This document shows, piece by piece, positions 1-7,824 of a stretch of 41,106 nt of DNA. The DNA is taken from positions 1-41,106 of IMG/VR virus record IMGVR_UViG_3300032212_000050, one strand, 5' to 3'. The DNA is from a virus (lineage: Duplodnaviria > Caudoviricetes). The translations under genes were made by a program, and so were the position numbers. Numbering within the stretch: position 1 is the stretch's first letter; each line of letters opens with the position of its first letter. The notes below the pieces were generated by a model, which was given only the letters and a program-made list of their open reading frames with translations, did not search any database and was not told the DNA's origin.

Positions 1-127
1 CTGTGATTACCAGAGCTTGCTGCTTTGCTGTTATAACCAGAGCTTGCTGCTTTGCTGTAATCACCAGAGCTTGCTGCTGTGCTGTAATCACCAGAGCTTG
101 CTGCTTTACTGTGATTACCAGAGCTTT
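1..127. repeat. Terminal overlap identical to 40980-41106 (circular contig join)
   Basis: First 127 nt equal last 127 nt. The length matches a common assembler k-mer, so this is probably an assembly overlap and not a biological terminal repeat. Confidence 0.9.
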
Positions 128-221
128 TGTTTTGTTTTTCTGTTTTCTTATAAAAATTATCAAAATCAGTTGTTACCAACTTTATTAAGTCTTTTATGTC
201 TTTATCGAATATATCACTCAT
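1..221 (-). CDS. 5' part of the 9-aa-repeat protein; continues across the origin to 40241 (319 aa in total)
   Basis: ATG at 221-219 in an ATGA overlap with the 218-433 stop. Reads MSDIFDKDIKDLIKLVTTDFDNFYKKTEKQNKSSGNHSKAA..., in frame with ORF 40241-40651 after circularisation. Confidence 0.85.
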   Translation of the reverse strand, partial: MSDIFDKDIKDLIKLVTTDFDNFYKKTEKQNKSSGNHSKAASSGDYSTAASSGDYSKAASSGYNSKAASSGNH

Positions 222-433
222 TCTACCTCTCCCTTAACTCCGTTGCACTTATCTAAACTTGGCGCATAGCTGTTATTTTCTGCGCAGTAAACGCAGGTTT
301 GTTTGGATAGCTGGGATTTAGCAGCTTGGTATAATGTGTCCCTATAAATAAACTCATTAACTACCGCAATTCCAGCCCCTATAACAAAACAAGTCATTAT
401 CGTTATTATTATTAGTATATCTTCTTTATCCAT
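218..433 (-). CDS. Small membrane protein with Cys-rich C-terminus (paralog of 39664-39852)
   Basis: N-terminal hydrophobic helix; C-terminal QTCVYCAENNSYAPSLDKC. Confidence 0.75.
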   Translation of the reverse strand: MDKEDILIIITIMTCFVIGAGIAVVNEFIYRDTLYQAAKSQLSKQTCVYCAENNSYAPSLDKCNGVKGEVE

Positions 434-743
434 TATTCTTTTCCAATAGAATTTTAATTAAATCTAGTAAAACATCTTTAGTTAAAGGTACTTCACTGCG
501 TTTACCTATTCTAAGCCACATACCCCCACCATCAAACAACCTCTGAACCTCTCCTTTAGAATGACAGGGTGCATCTTTTCCCATTAAATTAGAATATTGT
601 TTCTTGTTTTTGTCTTGGATAAACCATTGCAACTTTAACATATCATCTACTATTTTTGACGAATAACAGCCATGCTTGTCTGTTGGTATTAAATCCATTA
701 ACCTTTTAAAAGCCTCTAATGATTCTGTTTTATCTGTCATCAC
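426..743 (-). CDS. Hypothetical phage protein (MTDKTE N-terminus shared with 39849-40244)
   Basis: ORF coupled to neighbours. Confidence 0.65.
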   Translation of the reverse strand: MMTDKTESLEAFKRLMDLIPTDKHGCYSSKIVDDMLKLQWFIQDKNKKQYSNLMGKDAPCHSKGEVQRLFDGGGMWLRIGKRSEVPLTKDVLLDLIKILLEKNNG

Positions 744-1074
744 ATAAATCCTTCTTTGGTGCGCGGGTTAAGCATTTTAGTGGTATAACTAGAGGCTCTT
801 TAAATCTAAAGTCAAAGAACAAATACTCACCCTTCAGGTTTCTAGCCATATAGTAAACAATCTCACTGTCATATTTAGTGTGATAGATAAAAGCCATACC
901 AGCTTTAACATTATCCCAATCAAATGGCTTCTTTTTAACATCTTTGATTATGGGGTCGTTATTGATAATATAATGACGATAATTCATATTATCTTCATAG
1001 CTAAACGATGTTTCGTCTGTGCTTCTCACCTCAACCTCTAACGTAATAATGTCACCTACTTCAATCTTTTTCAT
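730..1074 (-). CDS. Hypothetical phage protein
   Basis: ORF with AAGGA RBS, operon context. Confidence 0.65.
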   Translation of the reverse strand: MKKIEVGDIITLEVEVRSTDETSFSYEDNMNYRHYIINNDPIIKDVKKKPFDWDNVKAGMAFIYHTKYDSEIVYYMARNLKGEYLFFDFRFKEPLVIPLKCLTRAPKKDLCDDR

Positions 1075-1188
1075 TTACTTTGTCCTTTTTAAAAATTCAG
1101 TTTTTCTTTTTCTGGTCATCATTCTTCAAGTTTACCTAGGAACTTAAAGACCCCGAGTGTGCTAAAACTGTAAACGATCACTGATTCC

Positions 1189-1605
1189 TCATGTTAAAAA
1201 CTCCAAAACCATGTAAACCAAAACCAAAACCAAGTTACCAAATATAGATGTTGCCATTATCCAAAAAGTTAGCCAGTCAAGCAGTTCTTCTTTTATGGAT
1301 TCAGTTGGCTCTGCATACATATTCTCATTAACAAAGATTGGGGGTGTGAAGGGCGGGGACAATGTTTCATGTGGGGATACCCGCCCTCCACTATCCTGCT
1401 TATCACAGGAATGTTGTTCTAAAAGATTATTGATACGGTTCTCTTGCTCTTGTAGCTGCATTAAATGCAGATTCCAATTAAGTTCTCGTAGCTCCTTATC
1501 AATTAAACCGTTTGGGTCGCCGTACAGTTCACGTATTTCAGCAATTTGCTTTGAACGCTCAAGAATACGATTAGATTTAATCTCTACAAAATCAATAACA
1601 GTCAT
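1189..1605 (-). CDS. Hypothetical protein with C-terminal transmembrane helix
   Basis: ORF, GGGGA RBS, hydrophobic C-terminus. Confidence 0.6.
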   Translation of the reverse strand: MTVIDFVEIKSNRILERSKQIAEIRELYGDPNGLIDKELRELNWNLHLMQLQEQENRINNLLEQHSCDKQDSGGRVSPHETLSPPFTPPIFVNENMYAEPTESIKEELLDWLTFWIMATSIFGNLVLVLVYMVLEFLT

Positions 1606-1626
1606 AATTATCCCCTATTTGTCTGT

Positions 1627-1797
1627 TTAGTCTGTTTCTAGTTCCTTACTTAGTAATTCATCTACAGCATACCTGATAATGTCCGATGCGCTCGTCCTTC
1701 CGCTAGGGTCTAGCCCTGCAAGGGCAAAACAGCCATTATATTGATCTTCTGTAAATCTAACTTCTAGCCTTTTATTAAGTGGGTCTTTCTTGAACAT
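1627..1797 (-). CDS. Ribbon-helix-helix (Arc/CopG-like) DNA-binding protein, 56 aa (not in ORF track)
   Basis: MFKKDPLNKRLEVRFTEDQY...SASDIIRYAVDELL matches the RHH pattern; AAGGAG RBS. Confidence 0.7.
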   Translation of the reverse strand: MFKKDPLNKRLEVRFTEDQYNGCFALAGLDPSGRTSASDIIRYAVDELLSKELETD

Positions 1798-1823
1798 AAG
1801 CACTCCTTATTTGCAATGATAAC

Positions 1824-1852
1824 ACTGTATATTATCCCATGTGTTTTGTCAA
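1824..1852 (-). promoter_or_regulatory. Sigma70-type promoter TTGACA-17-TACAGT
   Basis: Consensus -35, 17-bp spacer, directly upstream of the RHH gene. Confidence 0.65.
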
Positions 1853-1853
1853 G

Positions 1854-2285
1854 CTAGAAGGGTATTTCATCGTCCATTTCTTCCATTGTTCTGTTATCTT
1901 CTGGAACTGCATTATCTTGTACTTGCCCTTGATTATCAGGACGACTATCAAGCATATTTATCTCGCTTCTATATGGTCTAAGTACTACCTCAGTGGTGTA
2001 TTTCTTCTCACCATCTTTTTCCCAAGAGCGCGTTTCCAACTGTCCCTCAACGTATATCTTAGAGCCTTTACGTAAATAATTCTCACACACATTGATAAGC
2101 CCTTTATTGAACACAACAACACGATGAAACTCTGTTCTCTCTTTGCGCTCCCCTGTAGTTTTATCTTTCCAATATTCATTAGTTGCTATATTTAGATTAA
2201 CAACCTTATCTCCACTCTGCATAGTTCTGCAATCAACATCATGTGTTAATCGACCTATTAGTATTACCTTATTCACTGATGACAT
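1854..2285 (-). CDS. ssb: Single-stranded DNA-binding protein
   Basis: SVNKVILIGRL, EFHRVVVF, KGSKIYVEGQLETRSW, acidic DDEIPF tail. Confidence 0.97.
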   Translation of the reverse strand: MSSVNKVILIGRLTHDVDCRTMQSGDKVVNLNIATNEYWKDKTTGERKERTEFHRVVVFNKGLINVCENYLRKGSKIYVEGQLETRSWEKDGEKKYTTEVVLRPYRSEINMLDSRPDNQGQVQDNAVPEDNRTMEEMDDEIPF

Positions 2286-2296
2286 TTTCTTCTCCT

Positions 2297-2773
2297 TTAA
2301 ACTCTAATTGATAAACTTGTACTGCCATTATCCATGATAACGCCTTTTATTTTCTCACCAGCCTTTATAGCTTTATTTATTTCAGCCTTTTGCAATATTT
2401 CACTGGTTTTAAAATATTTCTTGGGTATTAAAGATTCATCTTGAACAACTGGCTTTGGTGGAATATTCCTAAATCCAACAGTTCCAAGTTCACAAGAATA
2501 TTTCTTCTCATTGGCTGCGTTCATAATACTTTCAATAATGCCTTTTAAGTTATCAGCCTTATTTGCAAATGAAGCTTGCCTAGCCTTATACTTATCCGAT
2601 AGCTCTTTAGCTGCATTAGCAGTGGCTATATGCTCATTTCTACGCATTAAAGCCCATTTCATTAAATCTTCAAAACTACCCTCAATATTAAGCATCTCTA
2701 TCTTATCAGGATCATCATCATCTAATAATGACGATATGGCTTTAATTCTACCAATCTTATCCATTAAACCCAT
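2297..2773 (-). CDS. Siphovirus Gp157-family protein
   Basis: Coiled coil then V.DESLIP.KYF...K.EI.KAIKAGEKI.G; located between erf and ssb. Confidence 0.8.
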   Translation of the reverse strand: MGLMDKIGRIKAISSLLDDDDPDKIEMLNIEGSFEDLMKWALMRRNEHIATANAAKELSDKYKARQASFANKADNLKGIIESIMNAANEKKYSCELGTVGFRNIPPKPVVQDESLIPKKYFKTSEILQKAEINKAIKAGEKIKGVIMDNGSTSLSIRV

Positions 2774-2955
2774 TATGATAACTCCTTAATAATATAATTG
2801 TACTGTGATGCAGTTCTTAATGTTTCTGTTGTGAATACTTTCCTAGCTTGAGATATACTCTTGCAGTTATTTAAAATATCCGAACACATTTGTAATAAGA
2901 ACATTCTATGTAATATTAGCATTTCCTGATCTGTCATGTTAAAACACCTCTTCAA
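2773..2955 (-). CDS. Hypothetical protein (start may be the internal Met at 2937)
   Basis: Short ORF filling the operon gap. Confidence 0.5.
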   Translation of the reverse strand: MKRCFNMTDQEMLILHRMFLLQMCSDILNNCKSISQARKVFTTETLRTASQYNYIIKELS

Positions 2956-3580
2956 GTTTAACTTTGGCTTCTGCTACAATTTTATTGAAAGTCTGTTTTG
3001 TCTTATTGTCTAATGTAGCATAATGGCTTTTTGTAGAGTCTTTATTTATATAGTCTTGTAGCTCTTGCAATGCTTTGAAGGATTTAATTTTCTTACCCTG
3101 TTGCTCTACCCATATCTCCCCTATAGTTTTTTCCTCTTTTGTAACTTTTGGCTTATAAGCCTTTTGTGGGGCGTTCTTATTTTTAGGTGTTGAATTATCC
3201 CCCGAATCTGCGTCCTTAGTATCATCTATGCAAAATAAGCCATTAAGGGCATATTTACGTGCGTATGAGCTTGCTGCGCCTGTGACTTGGCTTTCGTCCA
3301 TACCTTTTTTACTTACTGGTTCTCTTGCTAATGCAGATACTGTTATGTTACCCTTATCATTACCAAGGGTTACAGTGGCTTTAATATAAAACCTATCACC
3401 AATATTTATGATTTCATCGTTCATTGTAATAATAACACCGCTTGGCAGCAATGGTTTAACCGCTTCGAGTATGTCCTCACAATTCCTAAAATTATATTTT
3501 CCAAAAGAATTGAATTGATTTTTCGGAGCTTTAAGCTTTACCTGAATGTTGTGTAATATTTCATTAATTGAAGTGGTCAT
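2939..3580 (-). CDS. erf: ERF-family single-strand annealing recombinase
   Basis: LKAPKNQFNSFGKYNFRNCEDILEAVKP and GAASSYARKYALNGLF.IDD.KD.D motifs. Confidence 0.93.
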   Translation of the reverse strand: MTTSINEILHNIQVKLKAPKNQFNSFGKYNFRNCEDILEAVKPLLPSGVIITMNDEIINIGDRFYIKATVTLGNDKGNITVSALAREPVSKKGMDESQVTGAASSYARKYALNGLFCIDDTKDADSGDNSTPKNKNAPQKAYKPKVTKEEKTIGEIWVEQQGKKIKSFKALQELQDYINKDSTKSHYATLDNKTKQTFNKIVAEAKVKLEEVF

Positions 3581-3583
3581 AAT

Positions 3584-3853
3584 TTAATACCCTGCATCTT
3601 GTTCTCTATATTCCATGAATTTTATGTCTGCCAAGCAATCACCTACTGGCTGATTTTCCTTGTCCTTTATCTCGTCAAAAACCTCTATGGACTCCTCAAT
3701 AGCAATAACCAGATCGCCCAAGTTATCAGAGAATTGATAATCAAACACAGGTCTTTCAATCGCCATGTGTTGAATTTCATTCTCATGGGTTTTAATGATG
3801 GTTTCTAAATCAGTTTTAAGTTTTAATAGTGAATCTCGTAGTAACATAATCAT
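3584..3853 (-). CDS. Hypothetical acidic protein
   Basis: ORF with AGGGG RBS; first gene of a leftward operon. Confidence 0.6.
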   Translation of the reverse strand: MIMLLRDSLLKLKTDLETIIKTHENEIQHMAIERPVFDYQFSDNLGDLVIAIEESIEVFDEIKDKENQPVGDCLADIKFMEYREQDAGY

Positions 3854-3875
3854 GTCCCCTTTCTTATGTTCTTTA

Positions 3876-3939
3876 TATATATGCTATGTTTATAAGTATG
3901 TCAATAAGTATTTGAATAAATATGAGGATATGTTATAGT
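3876..3939. promoter_or_regulatory. Divergent promoter region
   Basis: Minus strand TTGACA at 3904-3899; plus strand TTGAAT (3912-3917) and extended TGtTATAGT (3931-3939); ATAAGTAT occurs twice. Confidence 0.55.
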
Positions 3940-3961
3940 ATAAGTAGAAAGTGAGGTATTC

Positions 3962-4288
3962 ATGGAATATAAAGACATTTGGAAAGAGAAGCCTAAAATA
4001 ACAAGCACCGAAGAAAAGCAGATGAATAAACGTAGGCTTTATAAAGATTTAGACAAAGATTGTTCTGATGAATTTGATGATTTGGTTAGTAAGTCACGGT
4101 TTAGTTATAATGAAATAATCAGCAAAAGGCGTTTTGTTCCTTTGGCAGATGAAAGGCAACGTATAGTCAAAATATTAGTAGGTGATAAAGATAATCCAAA
4201 ATATAGTTTAAGCACTATAGGGCGTGTTATGCACCGCGATCATTCTAGTATTAGCCATTTGCTAAACAAAAGAGGTAATAATGAATAA
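3962..4288 (+). CDS. DnaA C-terminal-like helix-turn-helix protein
   Basis: YSLSTIGRVMHRDHSSISH resembles the DnaA domain IV motif S...IG..FG.RDHSTV. Confidence 0.75.
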   Translation: MEYKDIWKEKPKITSTEEKQMNKRRLYKDLDKDCSDEFDDLVSKSRFSYNEIISKRRFVPLADERQRIVKILVGDKDNPKYSLSTIGRVMHRDHSSISHLLNKRGNNE

Positions 4289-4526
4289 CAAATATATAGC
4301 ACTTGAGAATAAGACTTTATTACAACGTGGCATGTCTGTTGATGATCTTATCGATGGTATGGATATGAAGCATATAGCAACTCGTAATGCTCTGATTAAA
4401 ACATTTGTAATGACACACGGTAATGTTGCCAAGGCTGCTATGAGGTTTAAGAAGCCAAAGCGATATATCCTTGATGTTGTGGAAAGTGATAAGGCATATG
4501 GTGATATCATGAGGGTGGTGAGATGA
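4281..4526 (+). CDS. Hypothetical protein, possible Fis-like HTH
   Basis: THGNVAKAAMRF resembles the GN.S.AA..L pattern. Confidence 0.5.
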   Translation: MNNKYIALENKTLLQRGMSVDDLIDGMDMKHIATRNALIKTFVMTHGNVAKAAMRFKKPKRYILDVVESDKAYGDIMRVVR

Positions 4527-4876
4527 TACATGACATTACACCAGTTCCAAAACCAAGAATGACAAGAGCGGATCGTTGGAAAAAACGTCCAGTGGTTTTA
4601 CGTTATTGGGATTTCTGCGATAAAGTAGAGAAGGCTAATATAATTATTCCTGATAAGCCTAATATTATATTTTACATTCCAATGCCTAGCTCATGGTCGA
4701 AGAAAAAGAAAAGAGATAACTTGTTTGACAAGCATACACAGCGACCTGATTTAGATAATTATGTCAAAGCTTTATTTGATGCTGTTTACAAAGAGGATTC
4801 ACATATTTGGACATTTAAAGCAACCAAGATATGGGCAGAAAAAGGACAAATTGAGATAAAAAATATGGAGTGTTAA
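4523..4876 (+). CDS. rusA: RusA-family Holliday junction resolvase
   Basis: PVPKPRMT..D.W, HTQRPDLDNYVKALFDA..KEDS. Confidence 0.9.
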   Translation: MIHDITPVPKPRMTRADRWKKRPVVLRYWDFCDKVEKANIIIPDKPNIIFYIPMPSSWSKKKKRDNLFDKHTQRPDLDNYVKALFDAVYKEDSHIWTFKATKIWAEKGQIEIKNMEC

Positions 4877-5301
4877 ATATGACTAGCTTTACAGTAAAGG
4901 GCGATGATTCAGAAAAGCTAGTCAAGGCGATAGATTTCATAACCCAATTACCTACCAACAAGGATTGGGATATAACCATTAGCGAGCATAAAGAAAAGCG
5001 TTCTACCGCACAAAATAAACTCTATTGGCTCTGGATTGGTGAGATATCCGACCAGCTAACCACGCTTGAAGGTGAAAAACTATCAAGAGAGCGTTGGCAT
5101 TATCTTTGTGGTATGAAGTTTCTAGGAATTGATTCATATAAGGTTAATGGCTGCTATCATTCTATGCCAGCAAAAAGCACAACCAAACTTAACACAAAAG
5201 AATTTAGTGATTACCTGCATGAGATTGAAGCAGATTTTCTTGCAAGGGGTGTTGTTTTAACCTTTCCAGATCATTACGGCTTGGCAATGGGGAAGAAATA
5301 A
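4870..5301 (+). CDS. ninB: NinB/Orf-like recombination protein
   Basis: KRSTAQNKLYWLW...STTKLNTKEFSDYL. Confidence 0.85.
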   Translation: MLNMTSFTVKGDDSEKLVKAIDFITQLPTNKDWDITISEHKEKRSTAQNKLYWLWIGEISDQLTTLEGEKLSRERWHYLCGMKFLGIDSYKVNGCYHSMPAKSTTKLNTKEFSDYLHEIEADFLARGVVLTFPDHYGLAMGKK

Positions 5302-5571
5302 CTATTTTTTTTGCTTCTCTTTTTCTAGCCATTTAATCACATGTTGAAGCCAGTTCTTTGTCACGTTATAAGGCTTATCAAAAAACCAAGAATCATATCT
5401 TCTCAACTTCTCTCTAAACTTATACTCATCTACATTTGAATAGTTTTGATATAGTATATTTAAGCTTTCAGCATCTAATTTAATCACATCACCCTCGAAG
5501 CCTTCCCAGCTAAAGGGTAGTGTATAATATCCTTTATATTGTTCTGCTATTTTTTTTATTCGCTCGTTCAT
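5302..5571 (-). CDS. Small protein resembling the C-terminal domain of phage replication initiators (DnaT-like)
   Basis: ...YDSWF..KP...KNWLQHVIKWLEKE pattern; position downstream of the cro-like gene; family call is inference. Confidence 0.45.
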   Translation of the reverse strand: MNERIKKIAEQYKGYYTLPFSWEGFEGDVIKLDAESLNILYQNYSNVDEYKFREKLRRYDSWFFDKPYNVTKNWLQHVIKWLEKEKQKK

Positions 5572-5599
5572 GCTGTATCCTTTTTTTTAAGTATTTATT

Positions 5600-6043
5600 T
5601 ACTTCTCTATAGAGCTAAAGTTCTTCCTTTAAGTATATTATTTTTGGTGAGTAGGAATGTAGAAATAGTTTTATTCCCCCCTGCACTTTTTAATTATAAA
5701 AAACACAAGGGGAATATTATTTTCGGAGCCATTATCAGCTTCATAGTCTGTCTACCACACGTAGAAGTTAATCGGGGGAAGTGCCTTCCGAGGACTCCGC
5801 CCATAAGTGCGATTATTCTGTTAAAAAACAAAGGGGTTTAACTGTCGCCAAAGTAAACCGTAGACATAGTTATACTTTGGTAAGAGGTTGAGAAAATCGC
5901 AATTCATTTCAGAATGCGCTCATTGCCTCTTTCTTCTCCCTCTCGCTTACTCATATTTGTACGGTTTCAAAGCGTACTACCTTTTTATTACTTGCAAATG
6001 TTTGAGAGGGCGTTTAATATGATCTCAATTGTTTTTATTTGCG
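5600..6043 (-). ncRNA. Candidate structured non-coding RNA or replication-origin region
   Basis: About 430 nt without a credible ORF, at least six inverted-repeat stems, and its own promoter at 6050-6078. Confidence 0.4.
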
Positions 6044-6078
6044 TAGACAATATTATAGGGGATTTGGCTTTTAGTCAA
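5992..6078. promoter_or_regulatory. Face-to-face promoters: minus TTGACT(6078-6073)-17-TAATAT(6055-6050); plus TTGCAA(5992-5997)-17-TAATAT(6015-6020)
   Basis: Near-consensus sigma70 elements with 17-bp spacers. Confidence 0.55.
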
Positions 6079-6244
6079 GTTCCCTTTTCTTTACTAAATT
6101 ATCTATATCATAGCGCATTTGATCTTTTGGTACGCACTCTCCCCTTTCATATCTTCGCCATGTAGTGCGATTGATATTTAATTCGCGGGCTATAGCCCCG
6201 ATACTCATGCCAAGCTTTAACCTGATTTTTTTATACTCGTTCAT
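6071..6244 (-). CDS. Cro/XRE-family HTH regulator, 57 aa (not in ORF track)
   Basis: MNEYKKIRLKLGMSIGAIARELNINRTTWRRYERGECVP matches the HTH_3 pattern. Confidence 0.85.
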   Translation of the reverse strand: MNEYKKIRLKLGMSIGAIARELNINRTTWRRYERGECVPKDQMRYDIDNLVKKRELD

Positions 6245-6393
6245 GCGTTTTCAATCCTTGTTAATTTAAAGAGGTTGCCTTGTGGTGCGATTATATAGTT
6301 ATCAAGCTGTATGCCCTCATTTATATCCTCTGGTGCTACTGTATAGCCGTTATATTGTAACCAGCGTTTAAGTTCGTTATATGCTAGTGTCAT
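6241..6393 (-). CDS. Hypothetical protein, 50 aa
   Basis: MTLAYNELKRWLQYNG...; GGAG RBS; ATGA coupling to the cro-like gene. Confidence 0.55.
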   Translation of the reverse strand: MTLAYNELKRWLQYNGYTVAPEDINEGIQLDNYIIAPQGNLFKLTRIENA

Positions 6394-6394
6394 T

Positions 6395-6631
6395 TTAAGC
6401 TCCAATCATTGCTTTGTATAGGATAGACAGTGGTGCAGTTTCATCAACATCTGATAATGCCTTTAGATGCTTAGTTTCTGGCTCTTTCGGCATAAGAACA
6501 TGCGTTTTTTGTAGTTCTTTTAGAGTTTCTAATGCTTTTGCTCTTTTACGTTCCGTTTCATTATAATTTCCAGTGTCCTCTATATAAGGATTACTATATA
6601 AAGCTTCTTCAATTTCTTTAAGTTTATTCAT
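6395..6631 (-). CDS. Hypothetical phage protein
   Basis: ORF; VLMPKEP....L.A....YKAMI.A is a common phage C-terminal motif. Confidence 0.6.
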   Translation of the reverse strand: MNKLKEIEEALYSNPYIEDTGNYNETERKRAKALETLKELQKTHVLMPKEPETKHLKALSDVDETAPLSILYKAMIGA

Positions 6632-6846
6632 ATTTCCATTCCCTCGTCCTGTAATGCACTTGATAGTGTCGCGTTAAAATTATCGTAGTAATCAGTATTG
6701 CTTCTAATTAAGTTCTTATCGTGTATGGTTATACTTATCGGCACTTGACAGGGTGTGTCTTTCGGCACAATGGATATATGCGCAACCTTGTAACCCTCAT
6801 GGTCAATTTGTGTAAACAATCTTTTCAGCTCTATGTTATCGGTCAT
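6628..6846 (-). CDS. Hypothetical protein
   Basis: Coupled ORF. Confidence 0.55.
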   Translation of the reverse strand: MTDNIELKRLFTQIDHEGYKVAHISIVPKDTPCQVPISITIHDKNLIRSNTDYYDNFNATLSSALQDEGMEI

Positions 6847-7523
6847 GGTTTTATCCTTTCAAATTCAATCACCCATACCCAAGGATTGGCTTCCCAAGAT
6901 TTATGTTTATCTTTGCCGTTTATTGAATCCCATAATTCGCAAAATGAGGCTGCATAACTGCCTATTTCGATTGCATTGCCGTTTACATCAAGGCCGCCAG
7001 TTTCAACACCAACTTGATAAACGCCCTCCGCTTTTGCGTCATCTTCACTAATATCATTCAATCTCTCAACACGAATATCGGTTATTTTTAGATCAATCCT
7101 GCTAGCCCAACGTGGCATAAAGATTGATGGTTTCCATTTTAACCCTTGGGCTTTCAACTCCCTAGAATACATATCGTCTGTATCTGCTTTATATGTTGGC
7201 GTACCATCTAACCTAAATATTTCTCTTATCCAAAGCTGATCGCCAATTTTTCCGTATGGGCATTTAATCCACCCAAGAGGGCTATCTTTTTCGATTTGAA
7301 CACCATTATAAAATTGCCCTGCTTTAGGGTGGTGCATTTGCCACCCATAAATGGAAACCCCTCTTGTTAAATAACCGTGTGGAACTTTATTTATTAAAGA
7401 TGGTGTAAGCCAACTTTTTTGCTCACCTGCCATTGGCTTGACAACCCGCCTTGTTTGGGTTTTTCTACCTTCAAGAATTGCATTTACCATCTTGGCATTA
7501 AATAATATTGGTTTTTCTACCAT
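6843..7523 (-). CDS. ASCH-like phage protein
   Basis: KPILFNAKMVNAILEGRKTQTRR, CPYGKIGDQLWIRE, WKPSIFMPRWASRI, NPWVWVIEF. Confidence 0.85.
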   Translation of the reverse strand: MVEKPILFNAKMVNAILEGRKTQTRRVVKPMAGEQKSWLTPSLINKVPHGYLTRGVSIYGWQMHHPKAGQFYNGVQIEKDSPLGWIKCPYGKIGDQLWIREIFRLDGTPTYKADTDDMYSRELKAQGLKWKPSIFMPRWASRIDLKITDIRVERLNDISEDDAKAEGVYQVGVETGGLDVNGNAIEIGSYAASFCELWDSINGKDKHKSWEANPWVWVIEFERIKP

Positions 7524-7813
7524 CTCTCAGCTTCCTTTCTAGTCATAAAAAAATGTATTCCATTTGAGCATTCTACCCGTACATCATCATCAAACTTATC
7601 GGCTACAGTCACATTTCCAGCTTTATACTTTGTTTTTGGGTCGTGCTTTCCTGATACGGAATCTTTCACAAATTTATTATCACAATCATATATTTTTAAA
7701 GTTGTCACATAGCTTGCACGACATTTACGAGAGCCGATAGCAGTTAATCTTTTTGCCCTAGCTGGGAATTGAATCTTGCCTGTGTATCTATTTAATACAT
7801 TAAATTTAATCAT
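7517..7813 (-). CDS. Internally shortened DUF5758-like protein
   Basis: RKCRA...Y..G.V.VADKFDDD...ECSNGIHFFMTRKEA C-terminus; no pentapeptide repeats. Confidence 0.7.
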   Translation of the reverse strand: MIKFNVLNRYTGKIQFPARAKRLTAIGSRKCRASYVTTLKIYDCDNKFVKDSVSGKHDPKTKYKAGNVTVADKFDDDVRVECSNGIHFFMTRKEAERW

Positions 7814-7824
7814 TTTGGTTTCCT

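Noticed and set aside
1-127. Biological direct terminal repeat
   Set aside because: The length equals a common assembler k-mer and it falls in the middle of a gene; best read as a circular overlap.
3-256. ORFs 3-188, 17-256 and 40834-41070 (ITRACC / ITAKQQAL repeats)
   Set aside because: Alternative-frame readings of the tandem repeat; the SSGxxSKAA frame has a coupled start and a recognisable C-terminal domain.
216-303. Diversity-generating retroelement TR/VR pair with 39662-39749
   Set aside because: No reverse transcriptase is present; mismatches are mostly synonymous, not adenine-specific, and both copies are coding.
5539-6165. Plus-strand ORFs 5539-5841 and 5914-6165
   Set aside because: No RBS or motifs; they overlap better-supported minus-strand genes and the stem-rich region.
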